Below are positions 30,934 through 41,657 of a stretch of DNA of 64,000 nucleotides, one piece after another; position 1 is the first letter of the stretch; each line of letters begins with the position of its first letter. Below the pieces are notes generated by a model. That model saw only the letters and a list, made by a program, of their open reading frames with translations. It made no database searches and was not told the DNA's origin. The DNA comes from a bacterium. GTDB taxonomy: Bacteria > UBA8248 > JACPRG01 > G963555815. The DNA lies in contig CAUVWX020000001.1 in NCBI GenBank assembly GCA_963555815.3, forward strand, positions 704,001-768,000, in the 5' to 3' direction. The translations under genes were made by a program, and so were the position numbers.

Positions 30934-31287
30934 ATGAGTAGAGGAAAATTCGCCTTTGTCGGCTTGGTGTTATCGAGCCTTGTCTCTAGCGCCTGCTGAA
31001 TTGGCCCTGCTCTGGCCCTAGGTCTTGGGGCCTCGACGTTGGGCGCGGTAGGCAGCCTGATGGCTGTTTACCGTCCCTACTTCATCTCTCTCGCCGTCCT
31101 ATCACTGGCTTGGACGTTTTACCGGGCCTTCAGGCCGAAGCTGATGGTTGCACGGGGAAAAGGCATCCGAGCGGTCCTGGCCGCCCTTCGGCCCACGCAG
31201 CGGGAAGCGCCCGTCTTCCTGGGGGCTGGGCTCGTTATTTTGCTGGTCCTCTTCCCCTATTGGGGAAGGCCTCTATTCTTGGGCTAA
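30934..31287 (+). CDS. MerT-like metal transporter selenoprotein (S-A-C-U-I-G-P), read through UGA at 30997-30999
   Basis: MSRGKFAFVGLVLSSLVSSAC-UGA-IGPALALGLGAS...YRPYFI...; matches MerT TM1 (A/S)xCCxGP and RPYF motifs; in frame with ORF 31039-31287. Confidence 0.88.
31014..31032 (+). promoter_or_regulatory. bacterial SECIS-like hairpin (MerT-like)
   Basis: GGCCCTAG-GTC-TTGGGGCC; apical AGGTCT as in E. coli fdhF SECIS; GGT at +22 to +24 after the UGA. Confidence 0.78.
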
Positions 31288-31423
31288 CGGGTCCGGAGAA
31301 ATAGCGCCAAGGAATTGGGATAGAAGTCTGAGCGAACAGAAAAATCCCTGAAAAAATTATCCTCCCTTTAAAAATTTAAAAATTAACCCTTTGGGTCCCT
31401 GGAGCCAGGAAATGCAGGGGGAG

Positions 31424-32837
31424 CTATTGGGGGGCCCGGCGCATCTTGAACTCTTGGTCCGGGTGCATGAGGATCCAGTGGTAGAAGCGTTTTAGGAGGA
31501 ACTGAAAATGCCTTCGGGAGCGGATCCCAAGGAGGTTCTTGAAAAAGATATGGGGCCGAAGATAGAAGAGGAGGAAAGCCTTTCGTTGAAGGCTCTTGAG
31601 CTCCTTACGTGTCGTGCCCTCGGGGACATAGGCCGCGTTCATGAAATAAAAGCGCCGCCAGTCCACCTTGTCGAGCTCCCCTTGCGCCTCGATCTGGCGG
31701 TGGCTCTCTGTGCCGGGCAGGGGGAGGTAGGTGAAAAAGTTGGCCCGCGTGAGGTCAAGCTGCCTGGAGAAGCGGATGGTCTGCTCCATCTCCGCTCTCG
31801 TCTCTCCGGGATAGCCCAGAATGAAGAAGCCGGCCACTTCCATCCCCGCCGCTCTCACCATCTTGAGGTTTGTCCGAATCTTCTCGACCGTGAGACTCTT
31901 CTTCATGAGGGTCAGCACGCGGTCCGATCCTGATTCGATTCCAACCGAGATGAGATAGACCCCCGCCCGCTTCATGAGTTTCAGGAGGTCTGGGTCTACC
32001 CGGTCGAGGCGAATCCCGTTGGGGGTGGCCATGCTGATGTCCAGCTTTTCAGCGATTATCCGGGAGAAGAAGTCGCGGGCGTATTTCTTGTCCAGGGTGA
32101 AGTTGTCATCGATGAGGTGAAATTCGCGGATGCCGTAATCGTGATAGAGGAGCTTGATCTCCCCCAGCACGTGGTCAACGCTTCGGCGGCGGAGCTTGGT
32201 CCCCGCCGAGCCGCAGAAGGTGCAAAGGTAGGGGCAGCCCCGGGTCGCCATGATGGGGGCGATGGGGTAGCGCTTGTAGTAGGCCCCGTGCTGGGCTTCA
32301 GGATAGAGGTCAGGGCGAATGAGGTCCCAGGCGGGAATGCCGAGGCTGTCGAGTTCCTGGACCTCCATTTTGGGGTTCACATGGGTAGAGCCGTTCTGGC
32401 GCCAAACGAGGCCCGGGACCTCTCCGAAGTTGGGCCTCTCCTTTCCCAGCTCTTCTAGGAATAGGGGGAAGCCGATCTCCGCCTCGCCAGAGAAGGCGAA
32501 ATCCAGGCTTGGGCCCAAAAACTCCATCGTCTCCTGGGGGACGGCGGTGGGATGAGGTCCCCCGAGGACGGTGAGGGTCTTCGGGCTGGCCTGTTTCGCC
32601 TGAGAGGAGGAGGTCTCGGATATTGACCATATCGAAGGTGTAGCATTGGACGCCCACGACATCGGGACGTCTCTCCCGAACCACCTCTCCAAAGTCGATG
32701 ACATCCACCCGCTCCCGGATGCAGTCGAAGATCTCGACCTCGTGCTGGCCCCGGATGGCGGTGGCGAGGTACCCCAGGCCGATAGAAGGCTGGATGTGGT
32801 CGCTCAGGTTGTAGGGTTTGACCAGGAGGACTTTCAT
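31424..32837 (-). pseudogene. B12-binding radical SAM protein, frameshifted (or sequencing error)
   Basis: N-terminal PSIGLGYLA..PDVVGV in one frame, GGPHPT...RGCPYLCTFC in another; +1 shift in a CTCCTCCTC tract near 32605. Confidence 0.8.
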
Positions 32838-33041
32838 CTTCCCCTCAGTTCCTCATCGAGACAAGATCCCGCCCAAGGTCAACCGCCCCCTTCGAGCAGG
32901 GGCCTGCAAATACAAAACTATCGCATTTTACCCCTTTTCCCTTTTTATCCAAGGAAATTTTTGACCCCTTCGCCGTCAAGGCCGTGTTATCCTCCGCCGG
33001 ATCTCTAATCCTGCCTGGATATCTATCCCCGAGGAGGGGCC

Positions 33042-33971
33042 ATGCGGATCCTAGTCACAGGAGGGGCCGGGTTCATCGGCTCTCACGTGGTGGACGGCTA
33101 TCTGGCCGAAGGTCACGAGGTGTGCGTCGTCGACGACCTCTCCCATGGCCAGGAAGCCCATTTGAACCCCCAGGCCCAGTTTCATCGGGTGGACCTCTTA
33201 GATTTCAAGTCCTTGGAGAAGGTCTTCAGGGAGAAGCAACCTGAGATTCTTAACCATCACGCCGCCAGTGTGGATGTCCGAGAAGCAGTCGAAGACCCCC
33301 TCTTCGATGCCCGGGTGAATATCCTGGGCTCTCTCCATCTCCTTGAACTCTCGCGCCGATATGGGGTTCAAAAAGTCATCTATATCTCCTCTGGAGGGGC
33401 CATCTATGGTGAGCCCGACACCCTCCCTGTCCGAGAAGATCATCCCATCCGCCCCCTCTCCCCCTACGGGGCCTCCAAATATGCCGTTGAGCCCTATCTC
33501 TCCCTATACGGCCGGCTCTTCGGCCTTCGATTTACGGTCCTTCGCTATCCCAACGTCTACGGTCCAAGACAAGACCCCCGCGGTGAGGCGGGGGTTGTGG
33601 CCATCTTCTGTCGCCAGATGTTTTCGGGCGAGCGGCCCACCATCTTTGGGGACGGAACAAAGACTCGGGACTACGTCTACGTGGAGGACATCGTCCGGGC
33701 GAATCTCCAGGCCCTTGGCCCGAAAGGGGAGATGGAGGCTTTTAATCTGGGCTGGGGAAGAGAAATAAGTGACCTAGAGGTTTTCAAAGCCGCCCGGGAA
33801 GCCCTTGGAGTCGAGGTAGAGCCCGTCTTCGGGGAGCCGAGGCTGGGTGAGGTCAGCCGGATCTGCCTTGATGCCCAGAGGGCGCAAAAAGTGCTCGACT
33901 GGAAGCCTCTTATTCCCTTCCGGGAGGGGGTTCGAAAAACGGTCTCCTATTTCAAGTCCCTTCAAGAATAA
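33042..33971 (+). CDS. NAD-dependent epimerase/dehydratase (GalE-like SDR)
   Basis: VTGGAGFIGSH, YGASK, RYPNVYGPRQ. Confidence 0.93.
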   Translation: MRILVTGGAGFIGSHVVDGYLAEGHEVCVVDDLSHGQEAHLNPQAQFHRVDLLDFKSLEKVFREKQPEILNHHAASVDVREAVEDPLFDARVNILGSLHLLELSRRYGVQKVIYISSGGAIYGEPDTLPVREDHPIRPLSPYGASKYAVEPYLSLYGRLFGLRFTVLRYPNVYGPRQDPRGEAGVVAIFCRQMFSGERPTIFGDGTKTRDYVYVEDIVRANLQALGPKGEMEAFNLGWGREISDLEVFKAAREALGVEVEPVFGEPRLGEVSRICLDAQRAQKVLDWKPLIPFREGVRKTVSYFKSLQE

Positions 33972-34005
33972 CGGGCCGCTTCCTTCAGTCGCTCGCACAC
34001 TTTCA

Positions 34006-34863
34006 TCAATCTGTCCCTCGGCCTCTTCGCTCTAAATACCTCTTCAACCCCTCCTCCCACGGCGCTAAGGGCTCAAAGCCAAGCCCCTTCCATTTCTGGT
34101 TCTCCAGGACCGAATAGGCGGGACGACGAGCCGGGGCCCCGAAGTCTCTGCTGGAGGTGGCAGAAAGATTGGGCGAGAGGTCCTCAACTTCGAAAATGGC
34201 CCGGGCGAAGTCGAACCAGGAAGTCGAGCCACTGTTCGTGAGGTGGTAGGTCCCGAACGGGATCCCCTCAACAAATTTTAGCGCGGCGGCCGCCAGGTCT
34301 CCGGTGAAGGTGGGAGAGGTCACCTGGTCCGAGACCACGCAGATGGATTTTTTGTCTCTCGCCAGGCGGAGCATGGTCTCGACAAAATTTCCTCTTGAGC
34401 CTGAGGCGCCAAAGAGGGCCGAGGTCCGGACGATGAAATGTTGCTCCCAAGTGGCCCGTATCAAAGACTCCCCGAGAAGCTTGCTGGCCCCGTAGATGCT
34501 GAGGGGGCGGGGGGGGTCCTCCTCCAGGTATGGGGTTCCTTTCAGGCCGTCGAAGACGTAATCGGTGCTGAAGTGGACGAGGGGACAGCCGAGCTCGCGG
34601 CAGACCTCGGCGAGATTTCTAACGGCAAAGGCGTTCACTGAAAAGGCCGAGGCCATCTCCTTCTCGCAGTCGTCCACCCGGTTGAAGGCGGTCGTGTTGA
34701 TGACGATGGAGGGAGAAAGCCGGACGAGAATCTCTCTCACCCGGGCGAAGTCGAGGACATTGAGTTCGGGACGGCAAAAAGCGCGGAGAGACTTTTTGGG
34801 CAGCAGCTTTTGGAGGTCCTGGCCGAGCTGGCCCCCGGCGCCGATGAGCGCGATGGACCCCAT
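34006..34863 (-). CDS. rfbD: dTDP-4-dehydrorhamnose reductase
   Basis: GAGGQLG, STDYVFDG, YGASKLLGE, DQVTSPT, ARRPAYSVL. Confidence 0.94.
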   Translation of the reverse strand: MGSIALIGAGGQLGQDLQKLLPKKSLRAFCRPELNVLDFARVREILVRLSPSIVINTTAFNRVDDCEKEMASAFSVNAFAVRNLAEVCRELGCPLVHFSTDYVFDGLKGTPYLEEDPPRPLSIYGASKLLGESLIRATWEQHFIVRTSALFGASGSRGNFVETMLRLARDKKSICVVSDQVTSPTFTGDLAAAALKFVEGIPFGTYHLTNSGSTSWFDFARAIFEVEDLSPNLSATSSRDFGAPARRPAYSVLENQKWKGLGFEPLAPWEEGLKRYLERRGRGTD

Positions 34864-35241
34864 TTTTAAAGTCTTCTCGCCCAATCTTCAGGTCCCCCAA
34901 GGGGTGATTTTCACGTCCGCCCTGATTTTCCCATAAAATGGTTGATTAAAAAGAGACTAAATGGGGCAGTAGGGTGAATCATATAGCCACACCTATATGG
35001 TCATCTAGGCCACTATGGCTATCAAAAAAACCTAATATATTGGAAAACTTATTGAAAAATAAGGAGTTTTATTTTCCGGCCTAAGTCGGCACACTTTTTG
35101 CTGCATCAAACAGTCAGTCAGCCCTGCAACTTTCAGAATAAAGGGGACCTTTCTGCGCGCTGTGACTATCGTGTCGCACCTTGGCCTCTCGGCCCCCAGT
35201 GGTCTCGCACCTGAAAAGTGGAGGCGAGCCAGATTGGACCC

Positions 35242-38200
35242 ATGAATCGCCGTTGGCTGCCCAAATTCTCCGTGAAGTGGCGTCGGGGCTATCGCTCCAT
35301 CACGCTGACAGTTGTGATCGGCCTCGTCATATCGGCCATTGCCTTCTTGATGCTGAGGCACTTGGAGGAGTCCCAGAGTCGAGGAGTCTTCGAACAGGCT
35401 GCCCTGGACCGGATCAGCGCCATCCAACGGGAAATCGGAAGGGCTCTCACGCTCGTTCAGTCCACCGCCGCCTTCTATAACTCCTCGGTGTTCGTGGCAC
35501 GAGAAGAATTTCGCACATTCGTGTCGCCCTCCCTCAAGCAAGTCCCGGGAATCCAAGCGATCGAGTGGGTACCGCGGGTCCGGGATTCCGAGCGGGCGAC
35601 ATACGAGGAGGAGGCACGCCCCCACCTTCCTAGGTTCGAGTTCACCGAACAAGACAGCCAAGGCAATCTGATCCGCGCGGGTCGCCGCCCCGAGTACTTC
35701 CCCGTGTACTACGTCGAGCCCCACGAGGGCAACAAGGCTGCCCTGGGGTTCGATCTCGCCTCGGATGCGGTGCGCTTTCAGGCCATCGAAAGGGCACGCG
35801 ACAGCGGCCAGATGGCGGCGACAAGCCGCATTACCCTCGCTTTGGAGACAGAGGATCAAATCGCCTTTCTCATCTTGCAGCCCGTCTATCGGAAAGAGTT
35901 CGAAGTCGAATCTACCTTCAGAGGGGGGCCGATCGATCGTGTCGCACAGCGACGCGAAAATCTGATTGGGTTCATCCTCGGCACTTATCGTATCGGTGAG
36001 ATCGTCAATGAATCGTTAAGCCGCTTCCAGGCGGAGGGTATGGACCTGGACATTCACGCATACGACACCACCGCTCCAAGCGTCAGCAACCTCCTCTATT
36101 CCACAGCGAGTGAGGCGGGCAGGCCACTCAGCGAGGAGGAGGTGCTGCTCAGTTCCAGCTTTAAATTTGAGCGGACCATTGAGGTGGCGGGACGCAAATG
36201 GACGATTATCGCCACCCCCGCAAGAGGTAGCAATCTGCCGTCCCAATCCATGCTCCCGTGGGGAGCGCTCGCCTTGGGGCTCGCCTTTACAGGAATCGCT
36301 GCCACCTATCTTCGGTCGATCCACCGCCATACGGACCGAACCGAGGAGGCGAACCTGGCACTCAGCACGGAGGTCGCCGAGCGTAAGCGGGTGGAGGAAG
36401 AAAGAAAGGGGCTCAGTGAAGAATTAGACCGGGAACACCAAGACCTCAAGAAGGTTCAGCGCTTACTGGGGAGCCTGGTGGAAAATGCCGGGGATCCCAT
36501 TGTCACAATGGATATAGATGGTCGCATCACCTCCTGGAACAGCGCAGCCATGTCTGTCTTCGGATATACGAAGGAGGAGGTTCTAGGTAAGTCCCTCTTT
36601 CTCGTCTTACCTCATGCCCCAACGGAGGATCGTAGAACCTTGCTCGAGAGAGTTTTGGATGGCGAGGTAATAAAAAATTATGAGGTCCAGCGGACGAGGA
36701 AGGACAGCACCCTGGTGCATGTGTCCTTCACCCTATCCCCCGTTCGGAGTGCCGATGGAGCGGTTGTCGGCGTATCGGGCATCTATAGGGACATCACCGA
36801 GCCCAAGCGGGCGGAGGAGGAAATCAAAAGGCTCAATGATGAATTAGAAAATAAACTTAAACGTCGCTCCGAAGACCTCCAGGAGGCCGAGGCTTACCTG
36901 CAGAACCTGGTGGAAAACGCCGGGGACCCCATCATCGCGAGCAATATGGAGGATCGCATCACATCCTGGAACCCCGCAGCTATGGCTATTTTCGGATATA
37001 CGAAAGAAGAAGCTCTAGGCAAACCCATCTCTCTGATCAGATCGGCGGAGGAAGCGGAAAAGATCACGGGCCTCCTCGAAGCTGTCAAAAATGGTGAAGT
37101 GATAACAATCGACGAAGCCCCCCGGTTGAGGAAGGACCGGACGCTGGTGGATATGACCCTCACCTTATCCCCTATCCGGGATGCTAAGGGTGCGATCGTC
37201 GGGATATCGGGCGTCTATAAAGACATCACCGAGCGAAAACGGGCGGAGGAGTTACTTCGGGCAAGCGAGGAACGGACGCGCCTAACCGTTGACGCGGCGT
37301 ATGACGCCTTCATCACCATTGATGCCAATGGCTTGATCGCGGGTTGGAACCACCAAGCCGAGGTCACCTTCGGTTGGTCCCGCGAAGAAGCGCTTGGGCA
37401 ACTCTTGGCCGAGACAATTATTCCTCCGCGATACCGAGATGCGCATACGCAAGGTATCAAACACTTTCTGGCTACTGGCGAAGGCCCCCTATTGAATAAG
37501 CGAGTCGAGATTACAGCCTTACACCGGGATGGACACGAGGTTCCTGTGTCGTTAACGATTACTCCTATTCGGTTGGGAGACAGTTACATCTTCAGCGCCT
37601 TTGCGCAGGACATCAGCGGGCGCAAGGGGGAGGAAGAGCTCACAAAATATTTGGAGGAATTGGTACATTCTAACATGGAGCTACAGAAGGCGCAGACGCA
37701 GCTCCTGCATGCAGAGAAGTTGTCGTCTATAGGAACTCTCGTCGCGGGCGTCTCGTACGAGATCATGAACCCCCTGACCATTGTCACCCTGCAGCTCCAC
37801 ATGCTCCAATCGGAGATCGAATCCCAAAAGCCGGAAGAGATACGCAGTTCCTGCGACATCATGAAAACACAGGTCGAGCGGATCCTGGGGATCACCCAAA
37901 ACCTCTTGCAGTTTGCCCGCCAGCGGAAACCAGAGGTCAAGCCGCTCCGCGCCGAAAACATTCTGGAGCAGGTGGTGAGGCTCCTCGAATACCAGTACCG
38001 AGCTGATAGCGTGGAAGTGGTTCGGGAGTACGCCCCTGACGTCCCTGAAATCGATGGAGACGAGGATCAACTTGGGCAGGTCTTTTTCAATTTTTTGGCA
38101 AACGCCAGGTACGCCATGCCCAAAGGGGGACAGATCACCCTGGGCACCCAGTCCTGCTCCCGGGACGGGGCACCCTGGGTGCGGATTACCGTAAAAGACA

Positions 38201-38445
38201 CTGGAACGGGGATTCCGAGTGACGTTCAGAAACGGATATTTGACCCCTTTTTTACGACAAAACCCGAGGGAAAAGGGACGGGGCTTGGCCTCTCAATCTC
38301 CTACGGGATCATCAAAGACCACGGTGGAGACATAGAGGTGCAGAGCAGAGAGGGCAAGGGAACGACCTTCCTGGTTGAACTTCCGGCAAGCGGCGGGCGG
38401 GAAAGCCAGGAAAGCGAAAAATCTCGTGGAGGAGCGTGCCCATGA
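35242..38445 (+). CDS. CHASE + three PAS sensor histidine kinase (H-box His replaced by Tyr)
   Basis: CHASE (IEWVPRV, YYVEP..GNKAALGFDL), PAS repeats (ITSWN, DITE), HATPase (DTGTGI, FDPFFTTK, GTGLGL); H-box reads GVSYEIMNP. Confidence 0.9.
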   Translation: MNRRWLPKFSVKWRRGYRSITLTVVIGLVISAIAFLMLRHLEESQSRGVFEQAALDRISAIQREIGRALTLVQSTAAFYNSSVFVAREEFRTFVSPSLKQVPGIQAIEWVPRVRDSERATYEEEARPHLPRFEFTEQDSQGNLIRAGRRPEYFPVYYVEPHEGNKAALGFDLASDAVRFQAIERARDSGQMAATSRITLALETEDQIAFLILQPVYRKEFEVESTFRGGPIDRVAQRRENLIGFILGTYRIGEIVNESLSRFQAEGMDLDIHAYDTTAPSVSNLLYSTASEAGRPLSEEEVLLSSSFKFERTIEVAGRKWTIIATPARGSNLPSQSMLPWGALALGLAFTGIAATYLRSIHRHTDRTEEANLALSTEVAERKRVEEERKGLSEELDREHQDLKKVQRLLGSLVENAGDPIVTMDIDGRITSWNSAAMSVFGYTKEEVLGKSLFLVLPHAPTEDRRTLLERVLDGEVIKNYEVQRTRKDSTLVHVSFTLSPVRSADGAVVGVSGIYRDITEPKRAEEEIKRLNDELENKLKRRSEDLQEAEAYLQNLVENAGDPIIASNMEDRITSWNPAAMAIFGYTKEEALGKPISLIRSAEEAEKITGLLEAVKNGEVITIDEAPRLRKDRTLVDMTLTLSPIRDAKGAIVGISGVYKDITERKRAEELLRASEERTRLTVDAAYDAFITIDANGLIAGWNHQAEVTFGWSREEALGQLLAETIIPPRYRDAHTQGIKHFLATGEGPLLNKRVEITALHRDGHEVPVSLTITPIRLGDSYIFSAFAQDISGRKGEEELTKYLEELVHSNMELQKAQTQLLHAEKLSSIGTLVAGVSYEIMNPLTIVTLQLHMLQSEIESQKPEEIRSSCDIMKTQVERILGITQNLLQFARQRKPEVKPLRAENILEQVVRLLEYQYRADSVEVVREYAPDVPEIDGDEDQLGQVFFNFLANARYAMPKGGQITLGTQSCSRDGAPWVRITVKDTGTGIPSDVQKRIFDPFFTTKPEGKGTGLGLSISYGIIKDHGGDIEVQSREGKGTTFLVELPASGGRESQESEKSRGGACP

Positions 38446-38801
38446 AAAAAATCCTAGTCGTGGACGATGAGCTTCTTATCTGCCAGTCCATAGAGAAATG
38501 GCTTAAGAAAGAGGGTTACGAGGTCATCACCGCCACCCGGGGCGAGGAAGCACTCTCCAAGCTGGAGACCGAGCGCCCCCTTGTGATGCTCCTCGATGTC
38601 CGAATGCCCGAGATGGACGGGATGGAAGTCCTAGCCCGGGCGAAGGCGGAGCACCCCTCTCTTAAGATTATTATGCTGACGGGAGTTGCAGACGAGTGGC
38701 TGGCCCACACGGCCATTTCGATGGGGGCGGCTGACTACATCACCAAACCGCCTGAGCCCAAGCATCTGAAGGAGAAAATCGATTCCCTGCTGTCAGAGTG
38801 A
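38442..38801 (+). CDS. single-domain response regulator
   Basis: ILVVDDE, LLDVRMP, MLTG, YITKP. Confidence 0.93.
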   Translation: MKKILVVDDELLICQSIEKWLKKEGYEVITATRGEEALSKLETERPLVMLLDVRMPEMDGMEVLARAKAEHPSLKIIMLTGVADEWLAHTAISMGAADYITKPPEPKHLKEKIDSLLSE

Positions 38802-39223
38802 AGGTTTTCAGACCTGAGTAAGGACGTGTCCGCTTGCCAGAGGGCCGAAAAGCTGGAGTCTTTTCAGTGAGAAGATTGTGTTCTCTCGTCCGAGGCAAGG
38901 GCCCTTCGAAATACGGGCCCGGAGGAGGTAAGGCGCCTGATGAGGGTGATGGGCCCCTGCTTCTTCAAAGGCGCTCTCTCCAAGCTTCGGGCCCTGGAGG
39001 GGATGGTTGTCACCCGCCCCGGTAATTTCCCCTTGACATATTGGTTCAAAATGGCTTTGCGCAAATATTTTACGCTTGCGTATCCCCGTGGGGGAATTAT
39101 ATTTTTCAATCTGTGGTTATATATTCTGTAGCAATATATTCTGGATTTGTTTTGTTCATGGCTCGAAGTTCCGAAATTGCACGTCGCCTTAGGGGGCACT
39201 TGTAAAGCATAGGGTGAGCGGAC

Positions 39224-40633
39224 ATGTTCAGGATACGTGTCGCGGTCATATCACTCCTCAGCCTTTTCGCGCTGTTTCTCCTGACTTTTTTCTTTATTAC
39301 CGTGGCCCATGCCCAGGAGGAAATGTACCTGGACGGGAGCCAGTATGGCAACGCGACCCTGACCCTACCGCAATCCTCCGTTAACTTAGAAGCGGTTCTC
39401 GCCGACAATCCGAACTACGAGTTGCTCTCGACGTACAACGAGGCGTCCCGGTTTCAAAGGATGGGGAGGCCAGTGGGCCGGCTGGACATTCTCCTGGCCA
39501 ACGGTCGGATGACGTTTTGCACGGCCTCCGTGGTTTCTTAGGATCACGTCATCACCAACTCCCACTGTTTGCCCGGTAACCATCCTTCTCCGCCCACTGA
39601 GGCGAGTTTGCTGATGAACTACCTAGAGGTGGGTGACCCGGGGTCAACCGTCCGGTATTCCGTCGACATCACGCCCGTGGAACAAAACAGGGAGCTGGAT
39701 TACGCGATCCTTCGGGTTGAGGGTAATCCAGCCGCCCAGTTTGGGAAGGTGGCCCTGCGATCCCGGGACCCTAATCCGGGCGAAGCTCTGCTCGTGATTC
39801 ACCACCCGGCGGGTTTGCCGAAACATGTGACGCGGGGGGGTTGCCGGGCGAGGACCCCCAAGGCCCTTTCTGGTAATAACGTCCTCCATCTTTGCGATAC
39901 GCTGCCGGGGAGCTCCGGTGCGCCAGTCTTTTCCGAAGAAGATGGCGATTTCGTGGGCCTTCACTTTGCCGGCGGGACCGCCCCGGGTGCCGGCCTGTCC
40001 AATTTCGCCAAGCGGTCCCGGCTGATCGTCGAGCGGAGCCAGATCCTCGAGGGGGTGGTTGCGGAAGTTGCTGAGGTGGAGGGTCCCGTCACCGACCCCT
40101 CCCCACTGGCGGCGGTCGAAGAGAGCGTTCCCGAGTTGTCTAGCGCTGGCTTAGCCACCATTCTCGCGCCGCTCAGGATCGGGCAATCGATGCGGGATGC
40201 GCGAAGGGCACTTGCTGGCAAGGGGAAGTTTGACTTTTCCCCTGAGTTTGGGACGTTCCTCGTATACTCAGCGGAGCTGTTTGGGAGAGAATTTCAGGGA
40301 AAGCAGTACTTTCAAGAGGACGAATTTTACCGCTTTGAATTCAATCGCATCGAGACCTACGAGGGGGCCATGGGCATCGCGAACCTGTGGGCGCCTTGCG
40401 AGCGGCTGGACGAAGTTGCGGTGGATGCCCTGATCTCTACCTTTGGCGCTCCGATTTAGTTCGGAGAACCAGAAGCTTCAGGTTTGGAATTAATATCTAA
40501 AGTACGATTTAAATCGGATGTAGGATTGGTGCTGGAGTGGGAAATGGTCCGCTCTCGGAGCTTGGATAATTCAACCGTTCCACCCCACTGGGACGCTGAA
40601 TGCCAATACCATCTACGGAATGCGTTCGAGTAA
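39224..40633 (+). pseudogene. secreted trypsin-like serine protease with two in-frame TAG codons
   Basis: Signal peptide; CTASVVS-TAG(39539)-DHVITNSHC, ELDYAIL, GSSGAP; second TAG at 40457 followed by an open frame to TAA 40631. Confidence 0.75.
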
Positions 40634-40891
40634 TTGGTAGTCATTTTGATAGCTTAACGAATTGCAAATCCAACGTTGACGGCGAGACTTGATCCTGACA
40701 CAGTGGAATGTAAACCTGCCTGTTCCAGAGATTGGGCGGGTCCGGGAGACCCGGTTTCCTCGAAGGGGGGGCTCGGCTGACCGGGGCGGCGTTGACAGAA
40801 CAACTCCTATCAAAGGGAATTTTCCATGGCCTGAGGCTGTTTAGAAGGACGGGAGAGCGCGCGCTGTTCTCCTTCAAGGAGGGGAAATTTC

Positions 40892-41650
40892 ATGGACTGC
40901 CACGAGGCCCAGGGCTTCTTCGCCCTGTATCTTGACGGAGAGATGGACGCCCGAACGGCCCTCTCTCTTCAGGGTCATGTGGAGGACTGCCCGACCTGTG
41001 GGGGGATCCTGGCGAGAGAGATAGATTTACGGGAGGTTATTCGGGACCACCTAAGCTCTGTCACCGCCCCGGCCCCCTTCAAGCGCGCTGTCCAAAAGGC
41101 CCTCCGGCGTTAGAGGGAAGGCTGGGTCCGCTTCTCTCGCCCCTGGCAGGTGGCCGCCGCCATCCCCATTTTGGTCCTCGCGGTCGGCGCCTTCGTTCGT
41201 TTCGAGAGGCAGGATCTTCGGAGGATCGTCAAGGGCTCGGCCATCAGTCATCAGCTGTACGGCACGGAAGAAGACCCGCTTGAATTTCGGGCGGTCAAAG
41301 AGGACCTCCTCCTTCCCCAATACGAGAAACGACTGCCTTTTGAAGTAGCCCTTCCGACCTTCACAGAGACTGGGGCCCAGCTTGTCGGGGGACGCCTCTG
41401 CCTCCTCAATGACCAACAGGGCGCTCATACCCTCTATCAAAGGGGAACAGGACGGCTCTCTCTCTTCACCATTGACCAGAAGGGGGCCCGGCTACCCACC
41501 TGGGGAGGAAAGAAGATAGGGGGACGGACCGTTTTCTTTGAAGAATCCCAGGGGAACCAGGTGGCCATCTGGGAGGAGGGAAACTTCCTCTACACCGTGG
41601 TCGGCAAGGATCTTAAGCCCTTCCTCACCAAGGCCCTCCGAGACAACTGA
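40892..41650 (+). pseudogene. zf-HC2 transmembrane anti-sigma factor with in-frame TAG
   Basis: MDCHE...YLDGE...HVEDCPTC; TAG at 41111 in frame with TM and periplasmic domain (LVGGRLC). Confidence 0.8.
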
Positions 41651-41657
41651 CGCCCTT

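Noticed and set aside
34975..35008. Another ECF promoter TGAATC...ATCTAG
   Set aside because: Spacer is 22 nt rather than 17
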